From contig CAVVLO010000002.1 of the NCBI GenBank assembly GCA_963749155.1, positions 992,001-1,056,000 of the forward strand: a DNA stretch of 64,000 nucleotides, given 5' to 3'. A model generated the notes under the pieces. It ran no database searches and was not told the origin of the DNA. It saw nothing but the letters and a program-made list of their open reading frames with translations. A program made the position numbers and the translations under genes. The DNA comes from an uncultured Armatimonadia bacterium (GTDB taxonomy: Bacteria > Armatimonadota > Zipacnadia > CAVVLO01). Shown here piece after piece: positions 48,469 to 58,864 of the stretch; position 1 is the stretch's first letter; every line of letters begins with the position of its first letter.

Positions 48469-50451
48469 TCAGAACAAGGTCTGACTGGTGGCAAGTTCGA
48501 GCCAGACACGATCTCGCGCCTCGGACCAGCGCAGCATCGCTGTTATGCCCTGGGTGAGTTTGCGTTGCAGGTTTACTTCGTAATCCTGATACGAATACCC
48601 GTTGCCTTTCTGGGTGAGCTGGTAGAAGTAGACAGACCACTTGTCATCAAGGCGGTAACTCTGGTTGGCATCCAGCGCGTAATCGCCTGACAGCAGGTCG
48701 TACCGGGAAGTCAGATAGGCCGAGAAATTGTATGAAGGTCGCCAGCGCAAGTTGAAAAGCAGGTCTTCGGAATGCGGGTAAGAAGTGTCGTAGCGTGCGG
48801 TATCCGAATAGGAATAGCGCACCGAGAAATACGAATTTCTACCGAGTTTCTTGTCCATTTCCAGGTTGAAAAGGAAACTGTGTTCGTTGGCTCCATCCAG
48901 CGCAATTCCCTGACCGAGTCGAAGTCGCGGAGTTAACTCGAAGCCCCCTCCCAAATCCCAGCCCTCATGCAGCAAATCGAAACCAGCGGAAAAAGAAGTG
49001 CGGTCGGGAAGGGTCATCCGGTTATCGTAGAGCACATCGAAGTTGCCACGCCAACGCAAGTCAGAAAAACCTGGCAGCGGTTCTACCCGGGTTTGATACC
49101 GCCATCTGCCGCTGAGGTCGCCGTTGGCATCTCCCCCCTGTTTGCTGTAGTAGGTGGTAAAACTGGTAGAACCGTTATCGGAATATTTGTAAGTAGTGCC
49201 GGACAGATAGAGATAATCATGCCGGGGATAACCGACTGTAAAGTAAGTCGAGTTGTCCATATCGGATTGCAGGGTCGCGTTGAGGCGTAAACCCCAGTCG
49301 CTGCGCGTTATGTTGTCGACATCGAAGATAAACTTGTCATCGGGACGTGGAGAGTATTGCTCCTCAAGGCCAAGCGACCAGCCGGTGCCGGCCTCCCACT
49401 CGCCAAGAGAGCCTCGCATAAGCCGGACTGCCCCTACGCGCTTTTCACTGACTGCATAGAAGAAGGGCAAGTCTACTTCGAGCCCGTCGCTGCTGCTGAC
49501 TCCAAGCTTGGGATTTAGTACATCGGCTCCATAACTGAGGGGCACAAAATAGTAGGGCAGACTGAGTACGCGTTGATCGTCCACATAGACTTTCGCGCGC
49601 TCGCACAAGACTTTCTCGCCAGGGTAGATGACAGCCCTGCGGCAGACAATAGCCAGTCGGTCATCGATGGAATCGATAGGAAGGAAAGCCTCCGAGGGGA
49701 TACCGGCTTCTGCAAACTCATCCAGCCGAGAACCACAGAAACCCCTGGTGCGCAGGCGTTCTTCGCGGCAAATAATCGCCCCAACTTTGGCAGAGACATC
49801 CATCCAGAGGGCCTCGCCCTCCCAGGTAGAGCCGCCCTCTACATCGCTGACCGCTTTTACGTTGCCGCGCGCCTTGAGCACCGAGCGGTCGACATCGTAG
49901 GCCAGCGATTTGGCCTCTACATGCAAGGAGCGATAGCTAAAGACCGCGTTGCCCTGCGCCTCGCACACCTGAGAGTCCACGCCATAACGCACCCAGTCGC
50001 CCTTTACATGCATCAACTGCCAGCCACCGGTATCGCGTCCTACTTCGGCGGAGAACTCGATGCTAAGGCGCCCTTCGCCGTTGTTGGTGCGTTCGGTGGC
50101 TATGATGGTAGCCACGCCTTCTTTGACATCACTGGTAAGTGTGGTGCGAGCGATGCCGCCTTCGGTGGTTGCTATACTGGGGTCAAGCTGGCCTAGATCG
50201 GTGGAGAAAGAGATCTCAGTGCCATCAGCAACAGGATGCCCAGAGGAGGTGCTGACAGAAGCGGTGATTTCAGTAGTGCTTGCGCCATCCGCTTCGAGGA
50301 TATCGCGCGAAGCTGTAAGTTTTATGTAGGTGTCGCGAACGTCGGCCAGGGCAATTGACCCCACCGTGGCCACCAGCACCAGACCCAAGGCCAGCGCGAC
50401 CCAGACTCTCAACTTCACCCTCGTTTCCAGCTTGTTTAGAAAGAGGGCCAC
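48469..50451 (-). CDS. Big_1 Ig-like domain + OstA/LptD-like jellyroll + beta-barrel protein (alternative start 50418)
   Basis: signal peptide; LEADGASTTEITA...PVADGTEISFSTDLG; AQGNAVF...AKSLAYD...LKARGNV; LSLPYYFVPL; aromatic-rich strands, terminal Phe. Confidence 0.6.
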   Translation of the reverse strand: MALFLNKLETRVKLRVWVALALGLVLVATVGSIALADVRDTYIKLTASRDILEADGASTTEITASVSTSSGHPVADGTEISFSTDLGQLDPSIATTEGGIARTTLTSDVKEGVATIIATERTNNGEGRLSIEFSAEVGRDTGGWQLMHVKGDWVRYGVDSQVCEAQGNAVFSYRSLHVEAKSLAYDVDRSVLKARGNVKAVSDVEGGSTWEGEALWMDVSAKVGAIICREERLRTRGFCGSRLDEFAEAGIPSEAFLPIDSIDDRLAIVCRRAVIYPGEKVLCERAKVYVDDQRVLSLPYYFVPLSYGADVLNPKLGVSSSDGLEVDLPFFYAVSEKRVGAVRLMRGSLGEWEAGTGWSLGLEEQYSPRPDDKFIFDVDNITRSDWGLRLNATLQSDMDNSTYFTVGYPRHDYLYLSGTTYKYSDNGSTSFTTYYSKQGGDANGDLSGRWRYQTRVEPLPGFSDLRWRGNFDVLYDNRMTLPDRTSFSAGFDLLHEGWDLGGGFELTPRLRLGQGIALDGANEHSFLFNLEMDKKLGRNSYFSVRYSYSDTARYDTSYPHSEDLLFNLRWRPSYNFSAYLTSRYDLLSGDYALDANQSYRLDDKWSVYFYQLTQKGNGYSYQDYEVNLQRKLTQGITAMLRWSEARDRVWLELATSQTLF

Positions 50452-50494
50452 CTCCCGAAGGTGGTGGCCCTAATAATCTCAGACTTGGCTCTTC

Positions 50495-51154
50495 TTACTC
50501 CTCGGGAGTAGCGGTGGCAACTGGTTCCGCCAGCACAATAACCTGTGAGAGCAACTTGGTAGCCGCATTGCGCACTGCGGCTCTCGCTGCTGCCTCCTCG
50601 GTGAGGGCTGCCTCCAGGCCACTATCAGCAATTGCGATCCCAGTAAAGGCCAAAGTGATATCTGACAAAGGCACTTGAGTGTAAGGATCGGTATTGGAGG
50701 CGACTTCTACCAGAGTTAGCCCAAGGCCAGCAGCCCCTTTACAGGTGCCACTTTCCTCGGTCAAGGCCGAGCAGCTTATTACACGTGGGACCAATACATA
50801 ATCAGCCCCGACAGCTATACCAAGCTTCACCGCGCGGCGTGGCTCAGTGATACGATCCCAGTCAGACTGCGTGACATTACCCGTAACTAGCGCCCGCTGG
50901 AAAATCGGCGACCTGGTATGGAGGAAGAAAGGCTTGAACTGCACAGCCTCTCCGTTGAACATTACAGGCTGAGAAAGCTGCCTTTGAAGCAGGTTGCCAT
51001 ATTCGCCGCTGCTAATTGCCAGCGAACCATTTTCCGCCTGCAAGGCGACCACTGCAAGTGACACCGTGCGTATTGGCGCTGCCTCATCCTGGGCCAACCC
51101 AAGACCGCAGGTAAGTATCACCATTATAAGCAAGCATCCGATAAGCCGAAGCAT
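50495..51154 (-). CDS. secreted protein with possible CsgG/TolB-N-like alpha/beta fold
   Basis: signal peptide; SLAVVAL; AVKLGIAVGADYVL. Confidence 0.45.
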   Translation of the reverse strand: MLRLIGCLLIMVILTCGLGLAQDEAAPIRTVSLAVVALQAENGSLAISSGEYGNLLQRQLSQPVMFNGEAVQFKPFFLHTRSPIFQRALVTGNVTQSDWDRITEPRRAVKLGIAVGADYVLVPRVISCSALTEESGTCKGAAGLGLTLVEVASNTDPYTQVPLSDITLAFTGIAIADSGLEAALTEEAAARAAVRNAATKLLSQVIVLAEPVATATPEE

Positions 51155-51178
51155 CCGATGATCCTCCTCCGCAAGCGG

Positions 51179-53761
51179 CTAGTTCACAGTAATAATACGG
51201 CTGGCGTTGAAACGCTGACCATCAGCCGTCTCGGCGACGAGTTCGAGTTGATACGGACCGGTAGGTACCTGGCGACCAGACTGATCAAGGCCGTCCCAGA
51301 TCAGGGTGTTGCCACCCTGGTCGGCGCCAGCGGAGCTTGTTACGGTCCGGACAACGCTACCTGCCAGGTTGCGCACAGTTAAGGTTACCTGGGCAGGTTC
51401 GCCCAGTGTGAAGTCTATGCTGTATCCGCCCGCCTTGGAGGGCGCGCATACCAGCGCAGTAACGAGCGCAGCGGACTGAGCCCTGGGCTCGGCGATAATC
51501 GTGAAGCTGCGAGCCACACCGCGCGCTGGAGCTGTATAGCTATAGTTGCTGCTGGTGCGCATAAAGGTACGCTGGCCAGTCGCTTCATCCACCATTACAA
51601 GCTGCATGTCGCGCGGGATACTCGAAAGGTCGGACCAGCTCAATGTGACGTCGCCAGTCTCTTCGCCAGCTTCTACAACGAAGTTCCAGATGATACGAGG
51701 CGCTGAATCCTGCCTGATGTCAGAGGCAAGAGCCAGTCCGCCATCATCGAAATAGGCGCGCAGCATATCGCTGCCAGGCCCGCGTGGCGCCTCGTCTACA
51801 TCACAGAGGCTGTAACCCTGGAAGTCCTGCTCGGAAACACCCAGGAAGTTTTCCACATCGGCCCTGCCAGCCGTACGGACGGCAATCTGGGCCTGCCAGG
51901 TTGGCTTTACAGGTTCTTCCTCGGCCCGGCGAATGAGTGCGGCCTCGGTGAACCTCAACCTGACGTCCGACTTGAGCGCGCGGACCCAATAACCAGCCCA
52001 TGGGGCCAGTTTCGCGCCATCTTCCTGAGACCAGCCAAACTCATACTGGCCAGTCAGGGGGTTGATCTCATCCTGAGCCCACCTGTAGAAGACATTCTTT
52101 ATCCAACCGCGCTGAGCGGCTTCCTGAAGGCTGACTTCCAGATCCTCGTCTCCAACAAGGCGAACCGCGGTTATCCCATCAAGCGATGTGCCCCGTGGGA
52201 AAGGCGACCCAACAATATTCCAGCCGTTCCCGAGCGCAAGCTCGTAATCAAAGGGCGAGAACACGGTGGAAGTGCCAGCCAGTGCCACGTTGGTCGGGCC
52301 AAAGAGCTTGAGCCAATAACCGCGCCCAGGCTCCAGGTTGAAAGCCGTGGTTGGGTAGTTGGTATAGGCGCCAGCTTCAGGATCGTATCGGTAGAGCAAG
52401 GGCTCGAAACCCATCGCTGTGGCCGCATCTGCCGGAGTGCAGCGGAAGGGGAAGGAGACCATAAGGACGCCGCCAGGCAGCTCTTCGCGAGGAGTGGCTG
52501 GCAACTGGATCATTCGGCTGAGGCTCTTGGCGCCAGGAGGCGCGCAACTCGAGATAACTCGTATCTCTTGCTCTCCGCTGTATCCGGCCTTTGGCTTTAC
52601 GCGCCAGTTAACTGTCTGTTCTCTACGAGCGATTATGTTGTCAACAGGTTTGGTTGGTAGCTCACCAGCAACCAGCTCGAGGCTGTCGGGCAGTACGATA
52701 GTCATTGAGGCCGAAGTCAGTGTAGCTGTAGCCTGATTGGCGATAGCAGCATACACGCGGAAAGGATCGGGGCTCAGGTAACCATCTTCAGTTGCTGGAG
52801 TCGCAGGATTATCGCCACTGAAATAGCGCAGTCCGAGAGGACTGGAAACCGACAGGCAATAGTCGCCTTCGAAGTCGTTGTCGGAGAAACCTACTCCGTA
52901 ACGATAAGCGAACTCGATGCTTTTGCCAGCAGGCAGAAGCACGTTATCCCACCACAGCGCTACCGCGCTGTCGAAAACGATTGGCATTCCAGTGGTGGTA
53001 TAGTCGAAATCCGTTGCCGAGATGAGCGGCCAGGCGGCCACAACAAACTTGCTGGGGCGTTGGTATCCGTCCATACGGACAGTGCCAGCGGCCATCACAG
53101 CAGGATAATCCGCATTGTCATAAGCTAGATAGGAATCAGGTACTCTGCTTCCTGTCCAGGTATATTCCTCGGTAAAGATGCCTTCGCCCAGGACTTTGAT
53201 AGGCGCGCCATCGTTTACCCCGAGTTGGGTGTCCAGCATCTGCCTGAGCCCGATTGTCTGCGAGGTATCGCCCTCGTTAGTGACCGTGAACTTGCAGAAC
53301 ACGGCATCGTGGATCAGGTAGAGATCCTGCTGCACTGTTATCGGGATCGCTTCATCGCCGGTACCGTAGACGCAGCTAAATTGATTGCTGGCTACCTGCG
53401 CGGGCGTCGTGACGAACTCGGTATCTTCACCCAGCACGAAATCGCTGGGATCATCATCGCTACCGAGCCCAGGATACACGCGCAGGGTTGCGAAAGAGGT
53501 GCCTTCGCCCGGATAGGTCAGCGCGAGGCTGGAATCCGAAGCGATAGCTGGATCGCCGCCAGTCGTGTAGAGAACCCACTGACCGGTCTCATCGTCCAGG
53601 GCAACCTCGATGTAGGGGTTGGTCACCGTCAGTGTAGCCCTGGTTAAAGCCGCACCCTTCTCTCTGGCGAAGGCGAAGCCCGCCAGTCCAAGCAGCAAGC
53701 AGTATGCAAGCGAAAAAGCCGTCAACACAAGCAGCCTTCTCGACGAGCGCAAAGCCGTCAT
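51179..53761 (-). CDS. secreted protein with shared C-terminal module ending in a FlgD-Ig domain
   Basis: signal peptide from ATG 53761; IGLRQMLDTQLGVNDGAP; C-terminal VRNLAGSVVR...WDGLDQSGRQVPTGPY. Confidence 0.75.
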   Translation of the reverse strand: MTALRSSRRLLVLTAFSLAYCLLLGLAGFAFAREKGAALTRATLTVTNPYIEVALDDETGQWVLYTTGGDPAIASDSSLALTYPGEGTSFATLRVYPGLGSDDDPSDFVLGEDTEFVTTPAQVASNQFSCVYGTGDEAIPITVQQDLYLIHDAVFCKFTVTNEGDTSQTIGLRQMLDTQLGVNDGAPIKVLGEGIFTEEYTWTGSRVPDSYLAYDNADYPAVMAAGTVRMDGYQRPSKFVVAAWPLISATDFDYTTTGMPIVFDSAVALWWDNVLLPAGKSIEFAYRYGVGFSDNDFEGDYCLSVSSPLGLRYFSGDNPATPATEDGYLSPDPFRVYAAIANQATATLTSASMTIVLPDSLELVAGELPTKPVDNIIARREQTVNWRVKPKAGYSGEQEIRVISSCAPPGAKSLSRMIQLPATPREELPGGVLMVSFPFRCTPADAATAMGFEPLLYRYDPEAGAYTNYPTTAFNLEPGRGYWLKLFGPTNVALAGTSTVFSPFDYELALGNGWNIVGSPFPRGTSLDGITAVRLVGDEDLEVSLQEAAQRGWIKNVFYRWAQDEINPLTGQYEFGWSQEDGAKLAPWAGYWVRALKSDVRLRFTEAALIRRAEEEPVKPTWQAQIAVRTAGRADVENFLGVSEQDFQGYSLCDVDEAPRGPGSDMLRAYFDDGGLALASDIRQDSAPRIIWNFVVEAGEETGDVTLSWSDLSSIPRDMQLVMVDEATGQRTFMRTSSNYSYTAPARGVARSFTIIAEPRAQSAALVTALVCAPSKAGGYSIDFTLGEPAQVTLTVRNLAGSVVRTVTSSAGADQGGNTLIWDGLDQSGRQVPTGPYQLELVAETADGQRFNASRIITVN

Positions 53762-53824
53762 CGGATGTTCCCCCTTGGCATCTCCAACTGGCGCATAACC
53801 GCAGGTCAAAGCGACCAATAGCCG

Positions 53825-56786
53825 CTATTTTAGAACGACGAAGGTCCGTGAAGCTCTTACCACACGACCTTCAGCGTCGACCGCCTGCACCTCTACAGCG
53901 TAGGTGCCATTGCTGACAGGTCGGCCGGCTTCATCGAGGCCGGTCCAGACCAGTTCGTTGTGGCCCTGCGCCATAAGCTGGCCGGTAGCCACTTGCTTGA
54001 TGAGCGAGCCGGCCAGGTTGTAGACCTTTACTGTTACATAAGCGTCGGACGACAGATCGAACACAAGAGACGCGCTACCCTTGGTATCCGCAGTATCGGC
54101 AGCCAGGCCTGTAACGGCCAGGGCGCCTTCCTGCCTGGGTTGCATTACGAGACTGAAGTTACTCTCAGCAGCAGCCGCTGTGAAGGTGTAAGCGCCACTG
54201 GTGCGCATTGCCCGGCGCGCCCCAGTCTGTTGATCGATAAGTACCAGATCAACCTCACGCGGCACACTGGCCAGATCGGGCCAGCTAACAGTTACCTGCT
54301 CGCCCTGTCCAGCAGAAGCGACTGTAAACAGCCACTCCTTGGTAAGGCCGGCTGCGCTCTTGATATCCTGCGCGAAGCTGCCCGAGCGTGTCAGGTCGGT
54401 GAAAGCAAGTCCCAGACCGAGTGGACTCATTGGCGGCTCGTAGACATCGAGGTCATCGGAACCATCCAGTGCTCCTGCAGCTACACCAAAGTAGTTGCTG
54501 CGGTCGATAGCCTGCTCGGTACTAACCATCAGCTGAGCCTTCCAGCCCTCGAATTCCTCGAGACCTGGCAAAGAGCGACCCGACGGAGCGGGCAGCACCA
54601 TCAGCTTGCATGGCTTCAATACGCGCACCCAGTAACCGAGCCATGGCCTCAGCACGCCATCTGGAGCGGTATCCCAGTCATAGCCTGAACCTGGCTCATA
54701 CCAGTAGATAGTAGGCTTGATCCAGCCGGCCGCTGAAGCTTCTACAACACTCTTGATCTCCGTATTCCGTTGTACCAGCACAGTACCCCAGTCAACCGCG
54801 AAGTTGAAAGGACAAGCGATCATATGCCAGCCAACGACCAGATCGCCGCCGCTTCCATCATCAATCGTGAAGGAAGCAGGTGCAACCTGTGCGCCTTCGA
54901 TATTTGCGAGGGCAGGTCCTGCCCGGCGTACCCACAGGCCCATACCCGGCAGCACGTGGTCGACGCTGAAGTCGTATTCAACTCCGCCCGAATCCCACCT
55001 TACCGTCCAGTCTGGTCCGGCAAACACATAAGCCGGCGCATCGAAGGACGGCTCGATGTCATAAGGCACTCCAAGCAGTTGCAAGCCATCATCGATGGTC
55101 TTGAACTCAAGCTCGAAGGTTGTATCGTCACTGTCGGTCGTATCGTTCTCGTCCTTGGCCGTAACCTCGATCGTATGCAAGCCAGGGACCAGGGTGCTGA
55201 TATCCATAACATGATCAAGCAAACCATTAACAAGGCTGGCAGTGATGTCCACTTCTGGATCATCATCGAGCTTAAGCAACACTTCAGTAATGGTCGAAGT
55301 ACCCTCAGGGATCAAAGCGATGGAACCGTAGACTCTCAGCCTGCGACCTGACAGCACTTCGTCTTCCGAGGGCGAAAGCAAGGTGACGCGAACGAGTGGA
55401 TCTACGCCAACCTGGGCATCGAAAGTCATCTCACTGCCTGAAGCCGAGATGTTACTGACAGCGACGTTGCTATCTACGTCGCCTTGCAGATCAGTATTTG
55501 GGGTAGTGGTGCCATCGATTTCAGTGGCTCCAGCGGGATACAAGTCCGTCCCATCGCCCCAGTTACCGGCTGCATAATCATAGAGATCGCCAGCTCCATC
55601 AGCCTGAAGCAGATCAACGCCATACCAGGTGGGATCGGCGTTCACGTTGTTAAGGCCATTAGAGTAGTTATACTGCACAAGGCCCTGATCTACCCGGTAG
55701 ATGGCAAGTCCATCACCCGGCAGATAGGTGTCGAAGCCAACCCGCTGGCGGTTCTCCAGCAAGAAGAAGACATCGGACAACTCGTCGCCATTCGGGAAGA
55801 GGGTGACGATTTCTTTGCTGGTCTCGGCTCGATTGATTTCTACATCCGTGGCGTTGGCCAGGATCTGAGTCTCACGAACCCAGCCCAGCAGGCGTCTGTT
55901 GTAGCCATCAATCATACTGGGCACTGTGCCATCCAAAGTGGGGCCGTTCCAGGAGCCTGCACCCATAAGCGACCAGAGACCCAAACCGAAACCCTGGTAG
56001 GAGACATCATACATATCCAGCAGGCCCAGGTTGTGACCCAGCTCGTGAGCGAAGGCGCCTGTCTTCTCATTTTCGCCACCGAACATAAACCAGTCAATCT
56101 TTACGCCGTCGACCTCGATAGGCTCCAGGCCGAATACATCACTAAGGGTAGCGTAAAAGGTGGCGAAATCCGCAGAACTGCCGGTTTCCTGCCAGGTGTC
56201 TCCGGCGGCAACAACCCAAACGGCATCTACATAGCCATCGCCATTGGCGTCAAAGTCGGAGAAGTCCAGTTCATCATCGGCAATCAGTACAGCTTCCTTC
56301 AGGACTGTGGCACAGTTAGGCTCGCTGGCGGCGACCCCTCCCACTCCCTGAGTGTAATAGGACCTGTTGCGATCCAGCTCATACCAGCCGCCTACTTCGC
56401 CGGTGATGGTAAGAGGCGACACGCCAGGCACATCACTGGAAGCGGCTATATAGAAGCTATGAACGCTGTTTGGATTAGCCGGATTGAAAACAATATTGTC
56501 AAAAGTTGCTAACGTATGCGCCGCATCGTGCTTCACATCATTGAAATCAACAAGCAACACAACTCCCCTGTAAGGTCCTTCTACAGGCGGAGTCGGCTTG
56601 ATGACCGGATGCCCAGGCTCTTCGCCGGCACGCGAGCGCTCGACCAGACCCTTATAAAGCTGCACCATCTGCGGATCTGGATCGACTCCCGGCTTGAACT
56701 GGTAGCGCGATGGCCAGGGTAGCCATCGCCATCACAGCCATCAGTATAAGGAAAATTGCCAGGCTTCTGTAAGCGCGCGATTCCAT
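53825..56786 (-). CDS. M6 family (immune inhibitor A-like) metalloprotease with Ig domain and shared FlgD-Ig C-terminal module (+1 frameshift at ~56699)
   Basis: signal peptide MESRAYRSLAIFLILMAVMAMATLAIA at 56786; VLLVDFND, DFDANGDGYVD, AHELGHNLGLLDMYD, WSLMGAGSW, LENRQ. Confidence 0.88.
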
Positions 56787-56903
56787 CTGAACCCCCTAGT
56801 CCCAACTACTCCGGACAGGTGTGCGCCGGACAGGTTCGATACTAGCTAACAGCACTCCGGGGAGAAGGCCGGAAGACCCTCTCCCCGGCATTAGTCAAGT
56901 CGT

Positions 56904-58751
56904 TTACGGAGGATCTGGCGGGCCCTCAGCGGGCTCGAACTGCCAGACTTCGCTCCATACATAACCTTCGTCTTCAAGCCTGCCAGTCGAGCTGATAGGC
57001 CTTACTTCATCGTTGGAATTGCGCGCTCCGACCCTCCAGAAGAGGTTAGTGTCGGACGGCAGGCTGTCGAATACAGCCTCGATGTTGTAGATACCAGTCA
57101 TCGGAGTACCACCGGACAGATACTCGGTACGCTCAGAACTGGTCCAGGTCTCGTCGCTATCGAACTCGCCACTTGTGGATACTTGAACAATGTAGCGATT
57201 CGCTCCATCCACTGCGTCCCATTCAGGCTCGAAGGCTGCAAGATCGACACCTTGCGACTGATTATCGGGAGCGACCAGCGGTATCGGTTCAAGTGGCGTA
57301 GCGGGGCCACACTGGGTGGGCTCGCCGCGCTGGACAGTCGAGGTCTGAGTGATCTCTTCGCCCGACGTCTGCTGCTGTACCCGGATGATTACACGCAGCA
57401 CCTTGTAGTAGTAGCTGGTGCCCACCGAAGGAGGCGTATGGAAGAAGCTTGCCTCATAGGTGTTGTTGCTGCCGGAACCGACAGAGATGGTAGCAGTGTC
57501 GCCTGGATCGCCCACAGACCAGTCATAGCTGCCATCGTCGGCGGCGGTAAAGGTCACGGTGTTCCCATAGAAATTAGGCCTGTCAACCCAGGTCAGCGCG
57601 CCGCCATCATAGATGACGTCGACCAAGGTTTCGGCGCTAACATTGAAGTCGCGATACTGGCTCCTGTGTATCTCGTAACCTGCCACGTAACTGCCCGCAG
57701 TGGTAGGATGGGTATAGGGATTGCTGCTGCGATCCCATACCAGGCGGGTAGCATAACCGTCACTTGTGGCTGCAGCTTCGAGGTCTGAAACCTCGGCCGT
57801 ATCTGCACCACCACTACTCGAGATGGACAGCAGTCCAGCTACGATTGCAAGACCAAGCAGCCAGTTAACGTGCTTCTTCTTCTTCTTTTTACTTTCGGCA
57901 GCCTTCACGGTCTTGGTAGGCGTGTAGATTGCGATTGCCCTGTCCCGGGCCTTGATGCCTTCAGGGGCCTTTATGGCCTGACCGGTGGCGCTTATGGGAT
58001 CAGTGGCAATGATCTTGATACGCCCAACGTTCTCCCGCACGAGTTCCTGACGATCTGGATACCAGACGTCACGCAGGAGGACCATCAGCATACCTTCCTC
58101 GATGCCCTGGCGTGCGCCAGCGCTGAGGGAGATCTTGCCAGAGGCATCCTGCATCAGAACCTGAGCCTGAGCAGGTTTGTAAGTGGCCATCTGCGTGGCA
58201 ATGTGAGTGGCGGCTTCCGTCATCACATCGTCCATTAGCAGATCGGAAGCGCCCGTGAATCCGGGCTTGTCGACCGTAGCCGCTCCCGCGCCACCATTCA
58301 TATATTCGCCGATGGTAGTATCAAACAGTTGGCACTCCATTAACACGGCGGCGCTGGACTCGGTGAGTGCGGACGTTGAGATATCACCTATCACAACTCC
58401 CGCCAGGTCCAGTTCCTTCGCGAGTTCTACCCAGTTGAACTGGTTCAATGGGTAGGAGAGGCCTAACCGCTCCATCGCGCGCTGCATCTCTTCGCGTGAG
58501 ACTACCTCGAAAGTACCGGTAGCCTCCAACTGAACCGCGAGAGCGTCAGCAGCTTTACGGCCTAGCATTGCATCCTTGACTTCGCTATTGTTGTTGAAGT
58601 CAAGGACAGCGACCTGGGTGGCGACGCCAGCGGCCGTGGCAGGGCTGGTGGTAACCATTGCCAGGTTTGATAACACCACACCTGCAATGAAGCAGAGGAT
58701 CGTTAAGTGCGATAGCGCCTTGGCCGCCAGGCTTTTCCGGAAGCGCAGCAT
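56904..58751 (-). CDS. CsgG/HfaB-like + FlgT-C-like + internal TM + FN3-like protein
   Basis: signal peptide; VAVLDFNNNS...LEATGTFEVVSRE; SAGARQGIEEGM; KKKKKKH followed by hydrophobic helix; GYEIHRS, YYYKV, FWRV. Confidence 0.6.
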   Translation of the reverse strand: MLRFRKSLAAKALSHLTILCFIAGVVLSNLAMVTTSPATAAGVATQVAVLDFNNNSEVKDAMLGRKAADALAVQLEATGTFEVVSREEMQRAMERLGLSYPLNQFNWVELAKELDLAGVVIGDISTSALTESSAAVLMECQLFDTTIGEYMNGGAGAATVDKPGFTGASDLLMDDVMTEAATHIATQMATYKPAQAQVLMQDASGKISLSAGARQGIEEGMLMVLLRDVWYPDRQELVRENVGRIKIIATDPISATGQAIKAPEGIKARDRAIAIYTPTKTVKAAESKKKKKKHVNWLLGLAIVAGLLSISSSGGADTAEVSDLEAAATSDGYATRLVWDRSSNPYTHPTTAGSYVAGYEIHRSQYRDFNVSAETLVDVIYDGGALTWVDRPNFYGNTVTFTAADDGSYDWSVGDPGDTATISVGSGSNNTYEASFFHTPPSVGTSYYYKVLRVIIRVQQQTSGEEITQTSTVQRGEPTQCGPATPLEPIPLVAPDNQSQGVDLAAFEPEWDAVDGANRYIVQVSTSGEFDSDETWTSSERTEYLSGGTPMTGIYNIEAVFDSLPSDTNLFWRVGARNSNDEVRPISSTGRLEDEGYVWSEVWQFEPAEGPPDPP

Positions 58752-58864
58752 TCGTTGTCCCTCCTGACACGTTGGGCTCGTGCTTGGCTGTTATTCAGGT
58801 TGTTTCCGCAATCGTTCAGCCGGACGGCCCAGTACTAGCCCGAGCCGTCCGGGTTCATCCCATT

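Noticed and set aside
57874..57891. TTC trinucleotide run as a phase-variable repeat
   Set aside because: Short, in frame and mixes AAG/AAA codons; better explained as a selected poly-Lys tract
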